Assembly (NCBI GenBank): GCA_000437915.1
Contig: FR900987.1
Location: 25,312 to 89,311 of the forward strand
DNA from: Subdoligranulum sp. CAG:314
GTDB taxonomy: Bacteria > Bacillota > Clostridia > Christensenellales > CAG-314
DNA length: 64,000 nucleotides
Direction of reading: 5' to 3'
Every line of letters begins with the position of its first letter. Position 1 is the stretch's first letter. The translations under genes and the position numbers were made by a program. The notes under the pieces were generated by a model, which saw only the letters and a list, made by a program, of their open reading frames with translations, was not told the origin of the DNA and did no database searches. This document shows positions 8,837 to 17,361 of this stretch, piece by piece.

Positions 8837-10222
8837 ATGAAAACGGATATTTTGATTGTGGGAGCAGGTCCCGCGGGGATTTTCACCGCCATAGAGCTGC
8901 TTAAACGAGGAGACAAAAGAAAAATCACCGTCGTCGAAAAGGGCGCAGCCATAGAAAACCGCGTCTGCCCCAAAAACAAAACGGGCTTGTGCGCGGGCTG
9001 CAAAAATTGCAGCATAACGACGGGCTTTTCGGGCGCGGGCGCCTTTTCGGACGGAAAACTCTCTTTGTCCGAAGACGTGGGCGGAGACCTGCCCGAGCTT
9101 GTCGGACACGACGCGGTAAAAGAGGCAATCCGATATGTGGACAAAATTTACCTCGACTTCGGCGCGGACTGCAAGGTAGAGGGAGTGGGCGACAACGACA
9201 AAATAAAGGAAATCAGGAAAAAAGCCATTCAGGCGAATTTAAAGCTGGTGGACTGCCCGATACGTCATCTCGGCACGGAAAAGGCGCAGGAGATTTATCT
9301 TGCAATCGAAAAGCATCTGTTAAAAAACGGCGTGGAGCTGTTTTTCGGCACAGACTGCGACGACCTTTTTATCGACGACGGCGTGTGCAAAGGAGCGTAT
9401 GTCCGTCAAAACGGAGAGCGGTTTCTTATCCAAGCGGGGACAACCGTCGTCGCAACGGGCAGGCGCGGCGCGGACTGGCTGTCAAAGACGTGCGAAAAAC
9501 ACGGAATCCCCCATAGACCGGGCACGGTGGATATAGGCGTGCGGGTAGAGGTGAGAAACGAGATTATGGAGGAGGTAAACAACATTCTCTACGAATCCAA
9601 GCTCATAGGTTATCCCAAGCCGTTCAAAAACAAGGTGCGCACCTTCTGCCAAAACCCGGGCGGCTTTGTCGCGCAGGAAAACTACGACGACAACCTCGCG
9701 GTGGTCAACGGCCACTCCTTCAAGGAAAAAAAGAGCGGCAACACCAATCTTGCAATCCTTTGCTCGCACAATTTTTCCGAGCCATTCAACCAACCCATAG
9801 AATACGCGAAAAAAATAGGAGAGCTGACCAATATGCTCGGCAGCGGCAAAATTTTGGTTCAGCGGTACGGCGACATAATGGACGGAAAACGCACATGGCA
9901 AAAGGAGCTTGAACGCAGCAACGTGCGCCCCACCCTCGCGGACGCGGTGGCGGGCGACATAACGGCAGCAATGCCCTATCGAGCCATGATTTCGATATTG
10001 AATTTTATTAAAGACGCGGATATCGTAGTGCCCGGCTTTGCCAGCAACGAAACGCTGCTGTATTCTCCCGAATTGAAATTTTATTCAAACAAAATCGATA
10101 TGAACGAAAGGTTGGAAACGTCGGTTAAAAACCTGCACTGCCTTGGAGACAGCTCGGGTTGGACGCGCGGACTGATGATGGCGTCCGTCATGGGCGTGCT
10201 GCTCGCCCGCGTGATTTCCTGA
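8837..10222 (+). CDS. FAD-dependent oxidoreductase/dehydrogenase of unknown substrate (COG2509-like)
   Basis: N-terminal dinucleotide fold DILIVGAGPAGIFTAIEL. Cys-rich insert CPKNKTGLCAGCKNC. 461 aa. Confidence 0.8.
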   Translation: MKTDILIVGAGPAGIFTAIELLKRGDKRKITVVEKGAAIENRVCPKNKTGLCAGCKNCSITTGFSGAGAFSDGKLSLSEDVGGDLPELVGHDAVKEAIRYVDKIYLDFGADCKVEGVGDNDKIKEIRKKAIQANLKLVDCPIRHLGTEKAQEIYLAIEKHLLKNGVELFFGTDCDDLFIDDGVCKGAYVRQNGERFLIQAGTTVVATGRRGADWLSKTCEKHGIPHRPGTVDIGVRVEVRNEIMEEVNNILYESKLIGYPKPFKNKVRTFCQNPGGFVAQENYDDNLAVVNGHSFKEKKSGNTNLAILCSHNFSEPFNQPIEYAKKIGELTNMLGSGKILVQRYGDIMDGKRTWQKELERSNVRPTLADAVAGDITAAMPYRAMISILNFIKDADIVVPGFASNETLLYSPELKFYSNKIDMNERLETSVKNLHCLGDSSGWTRGLMMASVMGVLLARVIS

Positions 10223-10235
10223 AATCTTTGAAAGA

Positions 10236-10268
10236 AAAAGCCTCCTCCCGTCGGGAAGAGGCTTTAAA
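10236..10268. terminator. bidirectional terminator between convergent genes
   Basis: AGCCTCCTCCCG / CGGGAAGAGGCT stem (11 of 12 bp) flanked by an A-run and TTTAAATTT. Confidence 0.7.
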
Positions 10269-10273
10269 TTTGC

Positions 10274-12991
10274 TCAGACTATTTCAAAAGATACGGAGCA
10301 GTCTATGTTTATGCCGTCGAAAAGATAAATTTTTATGCTCACGAAATAAGTCTTGCCCTCCTCTATCTCATAGCACCAGCTTTGCGGATTTTCGTAATCG
10401 GAGAGCACAACGTATTCTACGCCTGACACGTCGTCTGTCTGCAAATAAAATTCGTCGCCTGTCAAACCGTCGTACAACAGATTGAGACTGCCGCTTCGCG
10501 GCGCGGTAAAGCGGAAATAGACCGCCCTGCCGTTTTTAAACGTCACGTCGAGAGCTTCGCCGTTTGCGTCAAGCTCGAAGTCTCTGCCCCATGCCTTGCC
10601 GTCCTGCACCCTTTGCTCGCCGAAGCGCGCGTAGAGGGTTATTGTATCTTGCTCGAAATAAGCGGGGAACTCCACTCTTTCGCCCCAGTCGCCGTCCGCG
10701 CTTCCGTCGCTGAGATACCAGCCCTGAAAATATCCCGAACCCTCGCACGTCGGCTCGGTTTTAACCAATGAGTCGGTAAATACGGCAACGGTTTCGCCGT
10801 CTTTTTTAAGGGTATAGGCAGTGTCGGAAATCTCCGATAAGTCAATTGCCTCCGCATACGCGGGAGCGTAAAGATAAAATTCGGAGTAATACGAGGCGAT
10901 TGCATTTTGCGGCACGACGAATTCGCACAGAAGAATAGCCTCCCACGTCATACTGTCGTAGCCCGAAGCAAAAACGCTGTATGTACCGTTGTGGCTGCCG
11001 CCAAGAAACGGAGCTTTTTCCCCCTCGAAAATAACCTTTTTGAGATTGGGCGCGCCGAAAAAAGCGGATTGACCAAGCATTTCGACGTTGCCCTTAAATG
11101 TAATTTCCTTCAACGCGTGCGCGTTGTAAAACGCCGACTGTCCCACCTTTTTTACATCGCCGCCGATTACAAGCGTTTCAAGAAACGCGGTTGCTTCGCA
11201 GGAGTAACCCTCTATTGCCGCAACTCCCTCCGGCACGGTATAGGAAGTTGCCGCTTTCCGCGACGGATAGCACACAAGCGTGGTCATATCCTTTGTGTAA
11301 AGCACTCCCTCATCCGCAACATAGACCTCGTTTCCGTCTTCGACCGACAGAGAAACCAAATATTCGTTAAGGAACGCCGAAAAACCCACGTACGCGACCG
11401 AAGCGGGAATTTCAAACTCAGAAAGCGCGGTAACGTAAAAAGTGTTTGCGCCTATGTATTCGAGCGAGGGCGTCCCCCTGAACTCAACATCGCTCAGATT
11501 TTCGCAGCCGGTAAACACCCCACCCGTGATACCCATAAGCTGCACTTCTCCGAAAACGTAAGTATCGCTGCGCAAGGATACAAGAGTCGAGGGCAAAAGC
11601 ACGGATTTTAAGGAGCTGCCGAGAACGGCGCTGAACGTCCAGCCGTAAAGCTCGGTGATCCCCTCGGGCAGGGTTACGGTTTCCAGATTTTTCAGTTCTG
11701 CAAAGGCAAAGGGCGAAATATACGTCACGCCCTCAGGCACGTCGAATTTAACTGCGGATGAGTTTTGAGCGTAAACAAGCAGTCTGTCGCCGTTTTTGCC
11801 GAGATATTGCGGCCCGCTCCCCTTTTCGACAATGCAGTCGTCCTTGATTGCGTAAAAATCGTTTTCATCCGCGCCGAGCATGGACACAGACGTAAAAATA
11901 TAATCACTTCCCGAATTGGTAAAAGCCGCTTCCCCTATGTAACGCACTGTCTTGTCGATTTTCAAATTGCGTATGTTGCAGTCCTGAAACGCGCAGTCGC
12001 CTATTTTTTCGATTCCTTTCAGCACAAGATTTTCCAAAGTCGCAAAGCCCAAGGACTCGAATGTTTCTTCGTCCCACAAAGAGCCGCAGCACGAGCGGAA
12101 AAACGCTCCGTTAAGGTTGAAATCGCCTCCGTCCTCGTAGTCGTATTTTTCCGCAAATATTTTTCCCTGCTCTGAATCGACGCCTGAAATTTCTTTTACG
12201 CCCTTTTCAAAAACCAAATCGGTTATGTAAGGACATTGAAAAAAAGCGCCCCACTCTATCGCGTCTATATGCCCCTTGAAGGTTAGCCCCGTGATTGACT
12301 TGTTTCTGACAAAAGCGTATGCCTTGACCCGCGTGACGGTTTCAGGGAAAACAATGTCGCCGGACGCGGTCGAACTGCCGACGTAAACCGCGGTCTTGTC
12401 GACGTCGTAAATTATTCCGTCCTCCTGCACGTAATTGACGTTGTCGCCCTTCAAAACGTACTCAATCGCCGTCGTAGTTCCGAAAGGCATGATTCCCCAA
12501 TCGAGCAGCGTGTCGGGCAGAGTCACTTTGCTCAGATTGTAACCGGAAAAACTCGCAAGTCCAAGTTTTTTTACTCCGTTTTCCAACGTAACATTTTTGA
12601 GCATATAACAATTTCGGCAGGCTCCCGACTCTATCGTTTCGTAGCTTGACGGTATATACAAATCCGTCAGCGTCATATTTGAAGAAAAAGCGTTTTTCTT
12701 CAACCTCGTGACGGGAAGTCCGCGATACGTGTCGGGTAAAGCCGTCTTTGCGGGAACAGAACCCGTTGTTAAGCCCGCAAGGGAGTATGAAACCTTATCC
12801 TCGTTGAGGGAAAATTTGAAATAAAAATCGTCCGTCGGCACATATTTGTAAATCGCGCTCGCAGTCATATCCTCTTTTACGTTGGTTATGGATTTGTCCC
12901 AACCGATTACGTCAAAGCACCAGCTGTTTTCATTGGACTCCTGTACGAGCACGTCGTTTGGCGCCACCGAGCCGTTGTAAGGCACTTCCAC
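10274..12991 (-). CDS. BspA-type leucine-rich-repeat surface protein, body lacking an in-frame signal peptide (probable frameshifted gene)
   Basis: 905-aa ORF with many LRR units of the pattern ...AF..C..L..V.LP..v..Ig..aF. GYFQGWY (Listeria-Bacteroides repeat-like) lies near the C-terminus. The ORF opens only with GTG 12991 and has no usable RBS spacing. Confidence 0.8.
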   Translation of the reverse strand: MEVPYNGSVAPNDVLVQESNENSWCFDVIGWDKSITNVKEDMTASAIYKYVPTDDFYFKFSLNEDKVSYSLAGLTTGSVPAKTALPDTYRGLPVTRLKKNAFSSNMTLTDLYIPSSYETIESGACRNCYMLKNVTLENGVKKLGLASFSGYNLSKVTLPDTLLDWGIMPFGTTTAIEYVLKGDNVNYVQEDGIIYDVDKTAVYVGSSTASGDIVFPETVTRVKAYAFVRNKSITGLTFKGHIDAIEWGAFFQCPYITDLVFEKGVKEISGVDSEQGKIFAEKYDYEDGGDFNLNGAFFRSCCGSLWDEETFESLGFATLENLVLKGIEKIGDCAFQDCNIRNLKIDKTVRYIGEAAFTNSGSDYIFTSVSMLGADENDFYAIKDDCIVEKGSGPQYLGKNGDRLLVYAQNSSAVKFDVPEGVTYISPFAFAELKNLETVTLPEGITELYGWTFSAVLGSSLKSVLLPSTLVSLRSDTYVFGEVQLMGITGGVFTGCENLSDVEFRGTPSLEYIGANTFYVTALSEFEIPASVAYVGFSAFLNEYLVSLSVEDGNEVYVADEGVLYTKDMTTLVCYPSRKAATSYTVPEGVAAIEGYSCEATAFLETLVIGGDVKKVGQSAFYNAHALKEITFKGNVEMLGQSAFFGAPNLKKVIFEGEKAPFLGGSHNGTYSVFASGYDSMTWEAILLCEFVVPQNAIASYYSEFYLYAPAYAEAIDLSEISDTAYTLKKDGETVAVFTDSLVKTEPTCEGSGYFQGWYLSDGSADGDWGERVEFPAYFEQDTITLYARFGEQRVQDGKAWGRDFELDANGEALDVTFKNGRAVYFRFTAPRSGSLNLLYDGLTGDEFYLQTDDVSGVEYVVLSDYENPQSWCYEIEEGKTYFVSIKIYLFDGINIDCSVSFEIV

Positions 12992-12999
12992 CTTCTCTA

Positions 13000-13116
13000 T
13001 CAGGTTTCGTCCAATTTAAACGTCACCGACGCTTTTGAAGGCGCGCAGGCGCACAATACAAGCAGGCAAGCCGCAGCCGCCGCAAAAAGCAGCAATAATA
13101 GTCTCAATCGTTTCAT
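13000..13116 (-). other. orphaned lipoprotein signal-peptide ORF (38 codons), out of frame with the LRR body
   Basis: GGAGG, 6 nt, then ATG 13116. It encodes MKRLRLLLLLFAAAAACLLVLCACAPSKASVTFKLDET and stops at TGA 13002-13000. The LRR frame is open from 13015, so the two frames overlap for 16 nt. Confidence 0.75.
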
Positions 13117-13159
13117 AATTTACCTCCGCAAAAATTTTCCGCGCGGCACAACAACTTAA

Positions 13160-13204
13160 AATTGCCGCACTCTGCGGTAATTATAACCGCATAGTGCGGC
13201 AATT
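13160..13204. promoter_or_regulatory. 45-bp near-perfect palindrome, putative MarR operator (two 6-3-6 sub-palindromes)
   Basis: AATTGCCGCACTCTGCGGT-AATTATA-ACCGCATAGTGCGGCAATT, with arms matching 18 of 19. It contains GCCGCA-ctc-TGCGGT and ACCGCA-tag-TGCGGC. Confidence 0.6.
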
Positions 13205-13209
13205 GTCAA
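13180..13209 (-). promoter_or_regulatory. sigma-A type promoter of the LRR/lipoprotein gene
   Basis: Minus strand TTGACA (13209-13204), 18-nt spacer, TATAAT (13185-13180). The -10 sits at the centre of the 45-bp palindrome. Confidence 0.65.
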
Positions 13210-13250
13210 ATGATTTAACACAATTTTGCCAAAAAATTTTGCATCTCTAT

Positions 13251-13279
13251 TTGACAAACAAACAATTAAATTTTAAAAT
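13251..13279 (+). promoter_or_regulatory. sigma-A type promoter of marR-family gene
   Basis: TTGACA (13251-13256), 17-nt spacer, TAAAAT (13274-13279). Confidence 0.65.
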
Positions 13280-13298
13280 ACAAAATGGAAGAACAAGA

Positions 13299-13889
13299 AT
13301 GGATATAAACGGCGTAAAAGAATACGGAAAACTGATGGATAAAATGCAGGTGGCATACACCAATCTGGTCGCTACCATGGAGTGGGAGCTGTTTCGGCGC
13401 GGAGCTTATTCGGGTTTTTTGGACGATATTTACATGAGAAAGGTCTCTGCAATACTCGACCGGCAAAGCCCCCTGCCCACGCATGTTCTTGCGGAGAAAG
13501 CGCACATTTCACCCAAATGTATTCATCGAACCTTGAAAAAACTCGAAGAAAAAGGTCTGATAGAACGCTCCAAACAGGAGGGCAACAAAAAAACGCAATA
13601 TATTTCGCTGACGGAATCTGCCAAAAAAGATATGAAAACGCACAGCGAAAATTCGCAGGAAATTATGCAAAGCATTTTCAACGGCGCGTTAAGCGAAAAC
13701 GAGAGAATGCAGATGCTCACGGCGACGGAAACGCTGCTTAATATTTTTGAAAAATGTTGCGCTTTTGCCGACACGGACAACAAACCCGTTCAGCCTGCGC
13801 ACGTGCATTTTTCCTACGACCTGACGCAGCACGTCCTGTCAAGCAAAACTTCGCCGTTTGCCAATCGCAAAAACAAAAAAACGCCTTGA
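13299..13889 (+). CDS. MarR-family transcriptional regulator
   Basis: Start moved to ATG 13299 (MDINGVKEY), which lies downstream of the mapped promoter. Winged-HTH segment LAEKAHISPKCIHRTLKKLEEKGLIERSKQEGNKKTQYISLT. Confidence 0.8.
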   Translation: MDINGVKEYGKLMDKMQVAYTNLVATMEWELFRRGAYSGFLDDIYMRKVSAILDRQSPLPTHVLAEKAHISPKCIHRTLKKLEEKGLIERSKQEGNKKTQYISLTESAKKDMKTHSENSQEIMQSIFNGALSENERMQMLTATETLLNIFEKCCAFADTDNKPVQPAHVHFSYDLTQHVLSSKTSPFANRKNKKTP

Positions 13890-13910
13890 CGGGTGTAAGT
13901 AAAGATTTTT

Positions 13911-13948
13911 AAAAAAGCGTAACCATTCGGTTACGCTTTAAATTTTTT
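13911..13948. terminator. bidirectional terminator
   Basis: AGCGTAACC-attc-GGTTACGCT 9-bp stem with AAAAA upstream and TTAAATTTTTT downstream. Confidence 0.75.
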
Positions 13949-14025
13949 CCGACTGCTCCGCGCAAATGTAAATGATTTTACGCTTGCGCTCTTTTCTATG
14001 GAATACTCCTGTCAAAGGAGCTTTT

Positions 14026-15090
14026 TCAGTCAAGAGAGGTTTCGCAATAGGCGCACCTTTCCGTGCCGCCGTCAAAGATTGACAGCTTTTCGAGCGACGG
14101 CTCGGCATTGGTTATGCATCTTGGATTGGGGCAGCTCTTTTGCGTAAGCGTGCCGCCGAGTTTTGTTTCGCCCGAAGCACCGCCGTCCTTTAAAAGCGTA
14201 AGCAGCAGCGACATACGCGCGAATTTGCCGTAATTGACCTGCTCGAAATATTTGGCGCGGCTGTCTTTGTCAACGTCTGCGGCAATCTCGTTTACCCTCG
14301 GCAGCGGGTGCATGACTATCATATCCTCCTTTGCAGAGCCAAGTTTGTCCCTTGTGAGAACGTAGCTGTCTTTAAGACGCTCGTATTCGTCTGCGTCGGA
14401 AAATCTTTCCCGCTGAATACGCGTCATGTAAAGCACGTCAAGCTCCGACATATATTCCTGCAAATCGGCAGTTTCAACCGCCTTGCCGCCCTTTTGCTTG
14501 ATTGCTTGGAGCATATATTCGGGCAGTCTTAGCTCGCGCGGAGAAATCAGCACGAAGCTGTTTCCCTCGTATCTCAAAAGCGCGTTTAAAAGAGAATGCA
14601 CCGTGCGGCCGTATTTCAGGTCGCCTACAACCCCCACCTTCAAGCCGAAAAGCCGCCCTTTCTCCGCGTGAACGGTGACAAGGTCGGTAAGCGTCTGCGT
14701 GGGATGGCAGTGACCGCCGTCTCCCGCGTTAATTAAGGGCACCCGCGCCCAAGCGGCAGCCGCCCTCGCCGCGCCGTCCTTGGGATGACGCATGGCAATC
14801 ACGTCGGAAAAGCAGCTCACGACGCGCGCCGTGTCGCCGACCGTTTCGCCCTTTGCGGCGCTCGAACTGTCTGCGGAAGAAAATCCCAGAACTCTGCCTC
14901 CCAATTCAAGCATAGCCGCCTCGAAGCTAAGTCTCGTGCGCGTGCTCGGTTCAAAAAACAGCGTGGCAAGCGTTTTGCCGTCAAGGGCATGGGCGTAAGC
15001 CTCTCTGTTTTTCATAATGTTTTCAGCCTGATTTACAAGCGCGTCGATTTCCGAAACGCTCATATCGGTTATATCCAGCAAATGTTTCAT
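14026..15090 (-). CDS. pyrB: aspartate carbamoyltransferase catalytic chain fused to a PyrI-type zinc domain
   Basis: STRTR and HPTQ carbamoyl-phosphate/aspartate motifs and HPLPR. A ~54-aa C-terminal extension carries CPNPRCITNAEP...RCAYCE, compared with the E. coli PyrI CPNSNCISHAEP...KCKYCE recalled from memory. Confidence 0.85.
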   Translation of the reverse strand: MKHLLDITDMSVSEIDALVNQAENIMKNREAYAHALDGKTLATLFFEPSTRTRLSFEAAMLELGGRVLGFSSADSSSAAKGETVGDTARVVSCFSDVIAMRHPKDGAARAAAAWARVPLINAGDGGHCHPTQTLTDLVTVHAEKGRLFGLKVGVVGDLKYGRTVHSLLNALLRYEGNSFVLISPRELRLPEYMLQAIKQKGGKAVETADLQEYMSELDVLYMTRIQRERFSDADEYERLKDSYVLTRDKLGSAKEDMIVMHPLPRVNEIAADVDKDSRAKYFEQVNYGKFARMSLLLTLLKDGGASGETKLGGTLTQKSCPNPRCITNAEPSLEKLSIFDGGTERCAYCETSLD

Positions 15091-15100
15091 TTTTTCTCCG

Positions 15101-15730
15101 TCAGTTTTTTATCCAGCTCTCGTCGGACGGATTGTCGCGGAACGCAAGCACACGTCGGACGTTCTCCGGACCGATTATTTTTTTCTCCTCAGCCACCTCG
15201 CACAGCTCGTCAAGATTGGAAAGACTCACGTTTTCCACGTTTGCTCCGGAAAGCTTTTCCGCGCTCTTACTCATGTTGTAGGAAAAGATGCTGACAATGC
15301 CAAGCACCTCCGCACCCGCCTCGCGCAAAGCCTCCACCACTTCTATTACGCTTCCGCCCGTGCTGATAAGGTCCTCTATGACCACAACCTTTTCGCCCTT
15401 TTCGAGTTTGCCCTCAATGCGGTTGGTTCTGCCGTGCTCCTTTGCGCCGCTCCTGACGTAACCCGCAGGCAGGCGCAGGATATGCGCCGCGATTGCGCAG
15501 TGCGCTATGCCCGCCGTGCTTGTACCGAACAGAGCCTGAGCTTGAGGATAACGCCGCCTTACCGTTTCCGCAATGGCGTTTTCAACCGCGTCGCGCGCCT
15601 CCACGTCGGTCAAAACCAACCTGTTGTCGCAATAAATGGGGCTTTTTATGCCGCTTGCCCAAGTAAACGGCTGCTCCGGGCGCAGAAAAACCGCACCTAT
15701 TTTCAAAAGATAACCCGCTATTTCTTTCAT
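15101..15730 (-). CDS. pyrE: orotate phosphoribosyltransferase
   Basis: PRPP-binding motif VVVIEDLISTGGS. 209 aa, in pyr operon context. Confidence 0.9.
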   Translation of the reverse strand: MKEIAGYLLKIGAVFLRPEQPFTWASGIKSPIYCDNRLVLTDVEARDAVENAIAETVRRRYPQAQALFGTSTAGIAHCAIAAHILRLPAGYVRSGAKEHGRTNRIEGKLEKGEKVVVIEDLISTGGSVIEVVEALREAGAEVLGIVSIFSYNMSKSAEKLSGANVENVSLSNLDELCEVAEEKKIIGPENVRRVLAFRDNPSDESWIKN

Positions 15731-15739
15731 ATCTGCCTC

Positions 15740-16450
15740 CTATCCCAAAAATTCCTTTACGCAGCGGAAATAAGCCTCCGCGGGGCTCTCGACGGCGGTA
15801 ATCGGTCTGCCTACCACTATGAAGTCACTTCCGATTTCTTTCGCCCTTTGCGGTGTGGTTACGCGCACTTGGTCGCCCTTTTCGCCGTCGGCAAATCTTA
15901 TGCCGGGCGTGACGGTAAGAAAATCCTTTCCGCACGCTTCCTTTACAAGACGCGCTTCGAGCGGACTGCACACAACGCCGTCCAGCCCGCACCTTGCCGC
16001 ATTCTGCGCATAGGAGGCGACAGTCGTCTCCATATCGCAATTTATCAGCAGCTCGTTTTTCAACATATTTTCGCTTGTAGACGTGAGTTGGGTTACCGCA
16101 ATCAGCAGAGGACGCGCGCCGTCATGCCGCACAAGCCCCTCCGCCGCGCGTTTCATCATTTCGGAGCCGCCTGCGGCGTGCAGGTTTACCATATCCGCTC
16201 CGAGATTTGCAAGCACGCTCATGGCGCGTCCCACGGTGTTGGGTATGTCGTGCAGTTTTAGGTCGAGAAATACATCGAAGCCCTCGCCCTTCAAACGCCT
16301 GACCACGTCCGGTCCCGCAGAGTAAAACAGCTCCATTCCCACTTTCAAAAAAGGCTTTTTTTCGTAACGCTTAAACAGCCCTACAAAATTGTCAAGCTCC
16401 GCCTCCGACGGGAAATCGCAAGCAACGATAACGTCCTTTCTTTTGTTCAC
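15740..16450 (-). CDS. pyrF: orotidine 5'-phosphate decarboxylase
   Basis: FLDLKLHDIPNTV motif. GTG start overlapping the pyrD stop (GTGA). Confidence 0.9.
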   Translation of the reverse strand: MNKRKDVIVACDFPSEAELDNFVGLFKRYEKKPFLKVGMELFYSAGPDVVRRLKGEGFDVFLDLKLHDIPNTVGRAMSVLANLGADMVNLHAAGGSEMMKRAAEGLVRHDGARPLLIAVTQLTSTSENMLKNELLINCDMETTVASYAQNAARCGLDGVVCSPLEARLVKEACGKDFLTVTPGIRFADGEKGDQVRVTTPQRAKEIGSDFIVVGRPITAVESPAEAYFRCVKEFLG

Positions 16451-17361
16451 CTGTGCGCTCCTCCGATAATATCGCTTATTTTTTTTATGCCGTATTTTTT
16501 CATGACTCGGGGCAAGTCTTCGATTATTTCCTTGCAGGCGAAGGGATTGACGAGGTTTGCCGCGCCCACCTGCACGGCAGTCGCGCCCGCAAGCATCATT
16601 TCCGCAACGTCCTCGGCGCTCTCCACTCCTCCCATGCCCATAATGGGAATTTTCACCGCTTCGTACACGTCGTAGACCATGCGCAAGGCAACGGGAAACA
16701 ACGCGCCCCCCGACAGTCCGCCCCTTTTGTTTGCAAGAACGGGTTTAAAGGTCTTTAAATCTATCCTCATGCCCAAAAGCGTGTTAATCAGGCTCAGCCC
16801 GTCCGCGCCCGCGTCCTCGCACGCTTTGGCAATTTCCGTTATATCGGTGACGTTGGGGCTGAGTTTTACGTAAACGGGCTTTTTCACGGCGGCTTTGACG
16901 GCGCTCGTGACGCGAGCCGCGTTTTTCGCGTCGGTTCCGAAAGACATACCGCCGTTGTGGACGTTGGGGCAGCTTATGTTTAGCTCTATCAGCCCCACCT
17001 GTTCGCAGCCGTCGAAGATTTCGGCGCAGCGCACGTATTCTTCAACCGAAAAGCCGCCCACGTTGGCAATGACCTTTTTCCCGTAAATTTTTGAAAGCTC
17101 TCCAAGCTCCTCTTTTGCCACCTTTTCCGCACCGGGGTTCTGCAAGCCGACGGAGTTCAACATACCGCTTTTGGTTTCCGCTATGCGCGGACAAGGGTTG
17201 CCGTCGCGCGGGTTTAAGGTCGTCCCCTTGAAGCTGAACGAGCCGAGTATGTTTATGTCGTAAAACTCCGAAAAGACGCTGCCGTAACCGAAGGTTCCGC
17301 TTGCGGGAATAACGGGATTGTCCAGAACAAGACCGCTCAAACTGACCTTGGTGTCTACCAT
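16447..17361 (-). CDS. pyrD: dihydroorotate dehydrogenase B, catalytic subunit
   Basis: Start moved to ATG 17361 (MVDTKVSLSG) behind GGAGGAGG. Class 1B PyrD motifs are present. It overlaps the pyrK stop by 7 nt. Confidence 0.9.
   Translation of the reverse strand: MVDTKVSLSGLVLDNPVIPASGTFGYGSVFSEFYDINILGSFSFKGTTLNPRDGNPCPRIAETKSGMLNSVGLQNPGAEKVAKEELGELSKIYGKKVIANVGGFSVEEYVRCAEIFDGCEQVGLIELNISCPNVHNGGMSFGTDAKNAARVTSAVKAAVKKPVYVKLSPNVTDITEIAKACEDAGADGLSLINTLLGMRIDLKTFKPVLANKRGGLSGGALFPVALRMVYDVYEAVKIPIMGMGGVESAEDVAEMMLAGATAVQVGAANLVNPFACKEIIEDLPRVMKKYGIKKISDIIGGAHR

Noticed and set aside
8637-8840. 67-aa plus-strand ORF upstream of the FAD oxidoreductase
   Set aside because: It coincides with the riboswitch leader, has no RBS, and the region is better explained by RNA structure.
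13011-13020. TTTAAAT heptamer as a programmed -1 frameshift site linking the signal peptide and LRR body
   Set aside because: In the signal-peptide frame the codons are TTT AAA, not X XXY YYZ. The LRR frame also has a TAA stop inside this motif (13018-13016), so slippage here cannot join the frames. A simple indel downstream is more likely.
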